Shown piece after piece: positions 14,607 to 16,702 of a stretch of DNA of 16,702 bases. The position numbers were made by a program, and so were the translations under genes. Within the stretch, counting starts at the first letter, position 1. Each line of letters starts with the position of its first letter. The notes beneath the pieces are model-generated. The model ran no database searches. It was given only the letters and a program-made list of their open reading frames with translations, and was not told where the DNA came from. Origin of the DNA: Anaerolineales bacterium (GTDB taxonomy: Bacteria; Chloroflexota; Anaerolineae; Anaerolineales; E44-bin32); NCBI GenBank assembly GCA_041624375.1, contig JBFJVD010000031.1:1-16702 (forward strand). The letters run 5' to 3'.

Positions 14607-16118
14607 TCAGGCTTCGCCGCCCGGGTCTTGCGCCGCCTTCTTGCGTGCCTTCTTGGCGGGCTGGGCCGCCTCTTCGGCCTGGGCTTGCTCGCTGCCGGCC
14701 AGCAGCCCCCGAACCCGCCGCAGGACCGCCTCGATCCCCTCACCTGAGAGCGCCTCGGACTTGGCGTTGAGGATGGTGGCCAGCTCCGGCACGCTCAGGA
14801 GCAGCTCGGTCAGCGCGCTGCGGCTGCCGTCAGCGTGGCCGTTGGCCCCGCTGAACTGCACGATGCGGACATTCTCACCAATCCCCTTGAGCGCCTCACC
14901 GATCGCCTCGATCTTGGCCACCTCGGCGTGGATCAGGAGTTCGGCGACGACCTGGCGCAGGTTGATCTCACCCTCGGCCGCCGTTGCCTGTGCCAGTTTC
15001 TCCTTGCCCTCTGCTTCGGCCAGCAGGGTGGCGCGGGTGCTCTCTGCCTCGGCCATTTTCATCGCCTTCAGCTTTTCGGCGTCGGCGTGTCCAGTGACCT
15101 TGGTCGCTTCGGCCTGGGCGGAGGACTCCTTCTTGAGGGCTACAGCGCGAGCCTCTGCCGTGATCGTCACCCGGCGCCGCTCGGCGTCGGCCTCGATCTC
15201 GGCGGCCTCGCGCTGCGCGCGAGCAGGGACCAGCACTTCGGCTTCTTTCTGCTGCTCGACCGCCGAAGCTCGCTTCTGCTGCACAGCTTCATCGGCTTCC
15301 GCTTCGGCCAGGCCGATGGTCTTGCCCTTGGCCACTTCGCGCAGTGCCAGTGCTTCCTGCTGTTCGACAATCGCGCGGGTGGCGTCAAGCTCGGCTTGCT
15401 CCGCTTCTCGACGCGCTACGGCGGCCCGGATGCGGGCTGCCCGGTCGGCTTCCGCCTCAGCGATGGTCGCGTCCCGCTTCACCGCTGCGATGACAGGCTT
15501 GGCCATGGCTTCGAAGTAGCCCTGGTCGTCAGTGATCTCTTCGATTCCCATGGAGATCACCCGCACACCCATCGCGGCCATGTCGTCCGAGGCGAGCTGC
15601 TGGACTTGATTGACGAAGGCGTCACGATCCCGATGGACATCCTCGACCGTGAGCTGGCCGACGATGGCGCGGAAGTTGGCGCTCAGCGTCTGGGCAATGA
15701 CGTTCTTTACTTCCTCGCGCGGCATCCCCAGGAAGGCGCGCGCAGCGGTGAACATGGCCCCTTCGTCAGAGTCGATCTGCACCTGGGCGACCCAGTCCAG
15801 ACGAATGGGCACGCCATCCACGGTGTAGACCTCGTCCTTCGCTTTGGCGATCGTCATCACGGTGAGATCGAGGAAGCCGTAGTCTTCCATGATCGGCCAG
15901 ACGAGGGCGCCGCCGCCCGTGACCATCCGCACCCCTCTCCGGTCGATCACTCCCTGTTCATCGAACGCGGTGCGGCCGCGGCCGAAGATGACCATGACCT
16001 GATTCGGCGGCACCCGGTGATACAGCCGGGTGGCTCGCCGGGCGAAGACCAGCAGCAGCACCAAACCGATCAGTGCTGCCAGGACGAGGCCGATGGCCTC
16101 AAGTGTCAGACCCAACAT
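14607..16118 (-). CDS. floT: Flotillin / SPFH (band-7) domain protein (FloT/YqiK-like). The track start is 16124; I favour the third-codon ATG at 16118, given the SD position.
   Basis: An N-terminal TM helix is followed by an SPFH domain (VMVIFGRGRT...GGGALVWPIMEDYGFLDL). A long Ala/Glu-rich coiled-coil region contains EA repeats (AEAEADRAARIRAA...). The C-terminal flotillin tail is present. The minus-strand SD AAGGAGG lies 6 nt before the ATG at 16118. Confidence 0.9.
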   Translation of the reverse strand: MLGLTLEAIGLVLAALIGLVLLLVFARRATRLYHRVPPNQVMVIFGRGRTAFDEQGVIDRRGVRMVTGGGALVWPIMEDYGFLDLTVMTIAKAKDEVYTVDGVPIRLDWVAQVQIDSDEGAMFTAARAFLGMPREEVKNVIAQTLSANFRAIVGQLTVEDVHRDRDAFVNQVQQLASDDMAAMGVRVISMGIEEITDDQGYFEAMAKPVIAAVKRDATIAEAEADRAARIRAAVARREAEQAELDATRAIVEQQEALALREVAKGKTIGLAEAEADEAVQQKRASAVEQQKEAEVLVPARAQREAAEIEADAERRRVTITAEARAVALKKESSAQAEATKVTGHADAEKLKAMKMAEAESTRATLLAEAEGKEKLAQATAAEGEINLRQVVAELLIHAEVAKIEAIGEALKGIGENVRIVQFSGANGHADGSRSALTELLLSVPELATILNAKSEALSGEGIEAVLRRVRGLLAGSEQAQAEEAAQPAKKARKKAAQDPGGEA

Positions 16119-16148
16119 GTGCATCCTCCTTCGGGCGCAGTGCCCAGT

Positions 16149-16688
16149 TCAGGTACGCTTACGGACAAACAAGGTCCCGCCTTCCTGGCGCACGACTTCA
16201 ACCAGATCGCCGCGCACCAGCTCCTCGGCCTCAACTTCACGAATGGGGTAGCGTTTGCGCTGCGAGCGCAGCTCCAGGAAAGCCTCGCCGACCTCTCCCC
16301 CCGGGGTGCGCGTGGTGACACGGGCCACTGCGCCGATGAGGTCCGAGCGCCGCAGCGCGGAAGAGGCTTGCTGGCGGACCAGCAGCGCCGCAAGCGCGAA
16401 GTAGACACCGCCAAAGACCAGACCGCTAAGAACGGCAAGCAACAGGCTGCCGCCCGTGGTGGCGCCGAGAAGCGCCGACATCGTGCCCACGACGCCGAAG
16501 CCGGTAAAGAACGCGGCGATCAACCCGCAGCTCAGACCGCCAGCGCCGGTTCCTTCGGCGGCCTCAGGCAGAACGTCGATCCCGACGCCCTCGAACAGCC
16601 CCTCCACGCTCTCAAGCATGCCGCCGGCGGCGTCGGCGATTTCCCCGAAGATGAGTGTCAGGATCAGGTACCCGACGCCGAGTATCAT
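16149..16688 (-). CDS. nfeD: NfeD-like membrane protein (YuaF/YqiJ-type partner of flotillin).
   Basis: Glycine-rich N-terminal TM helices (GGLSCGLIAAFFTGFGVVGTMSALLGATTGGSLLLAVLSGLVFGGVYFALAALL) are followed by a C-terminal soluble beta domain (GEVGEAFLELRSQRKRYPIREVEAEELVRGDLVEVV). It lies 24 nt upstream of the flotillin gene in the canonical nfeD-flotillin operon order. The track Met is 14 nt from the window edge, so a 5' extension cannot be fully excluded. Confidence 0.7.
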   Translation of the reverse strand: MILGVGYLILTLIFGEIADAAGGMLESVEGLFEGVGIDVLPEAAEGTGAGGLSCGLIAAFFTGFGVVGTMSALLGATTGGSLLLAVLSGLVFGGVYFALAALLVRQQASSALRRSDLIGAVARVTTRTPGGEVGEAFLELRSQRKRYPIREVEAEELVRGDLVEVVRQEGGTLFVRKRT

Positions 16689-16702
16689 GATGGAGCCGAA
16701 GC

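Noticed and set aside
14641-15519. 292-aa + strand ORF rich in Ala/Ser/Arg
   Set aside because: It is antisense to the flotillin Ala/Glu coiled-coil region, because GCN and GAR codons read in reverse give Ala/Ser/Arg runs. It has no start context.
1-16702. CRISPR arrays, IS elements, integrase genes and large direct repeats
   Set aside because: No regularly spaced direct repeats, terminal inverted repeats or transposase/integrase-like ORFs were detected by inspection. The window looks like core chromosome apart from the small SWIM islet.

Overview
This is a high-GC bacterial chromosomal segment (about two-thirds G+C by eye) with strong GC3 codon bias and no rRNA, tRNA, CRISPR or obvious mobile element. 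I call roughly 19 protein-coding genes, most of them on the + strand in one long co-directional block (about 4.6-14.5 kb). Gene order is as follows:
- a 5'-truncated unknown ORF
- two minus-strand membrane-protein genes (one DUF1232/YkvA-like)
- moaA (radical-SAM GTP 3',8-cyclase) followed by a HAD hydrolase
- a small stand-alone SWIM zinc-finger protein in its own AT-shifted cassette, with a consensus promoter, a 13-codon upstream ORF and an intrinsic terminator
- a UPF0104/LPG-synthase-TM-like membrane protein, translationally coupled to an FAD flavoenzyme and followed by a NUDIX hydrolase
- an HU-fold protein
- an M29 aminopeptidase
- a pentaheme c-type cytochrome lipoprotein
- an SDR oxidoreductase
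- two further lipoproteins (one a PD40/TolB-like beta-propeller)
- a GDP-mannose mannosyl hydrolase (gmm/wcaH-like)
- a convergent nfeD-flotillin operon on the minus strand
Many long antisense ORFs in the track are GC-driven artefacts. The SWIM leader/attenuator cassette, the UPF0104-flavoenzyme-NUDIX operon and the pentaheme cytochrome lipoprotein cluster are the most interesting regions.
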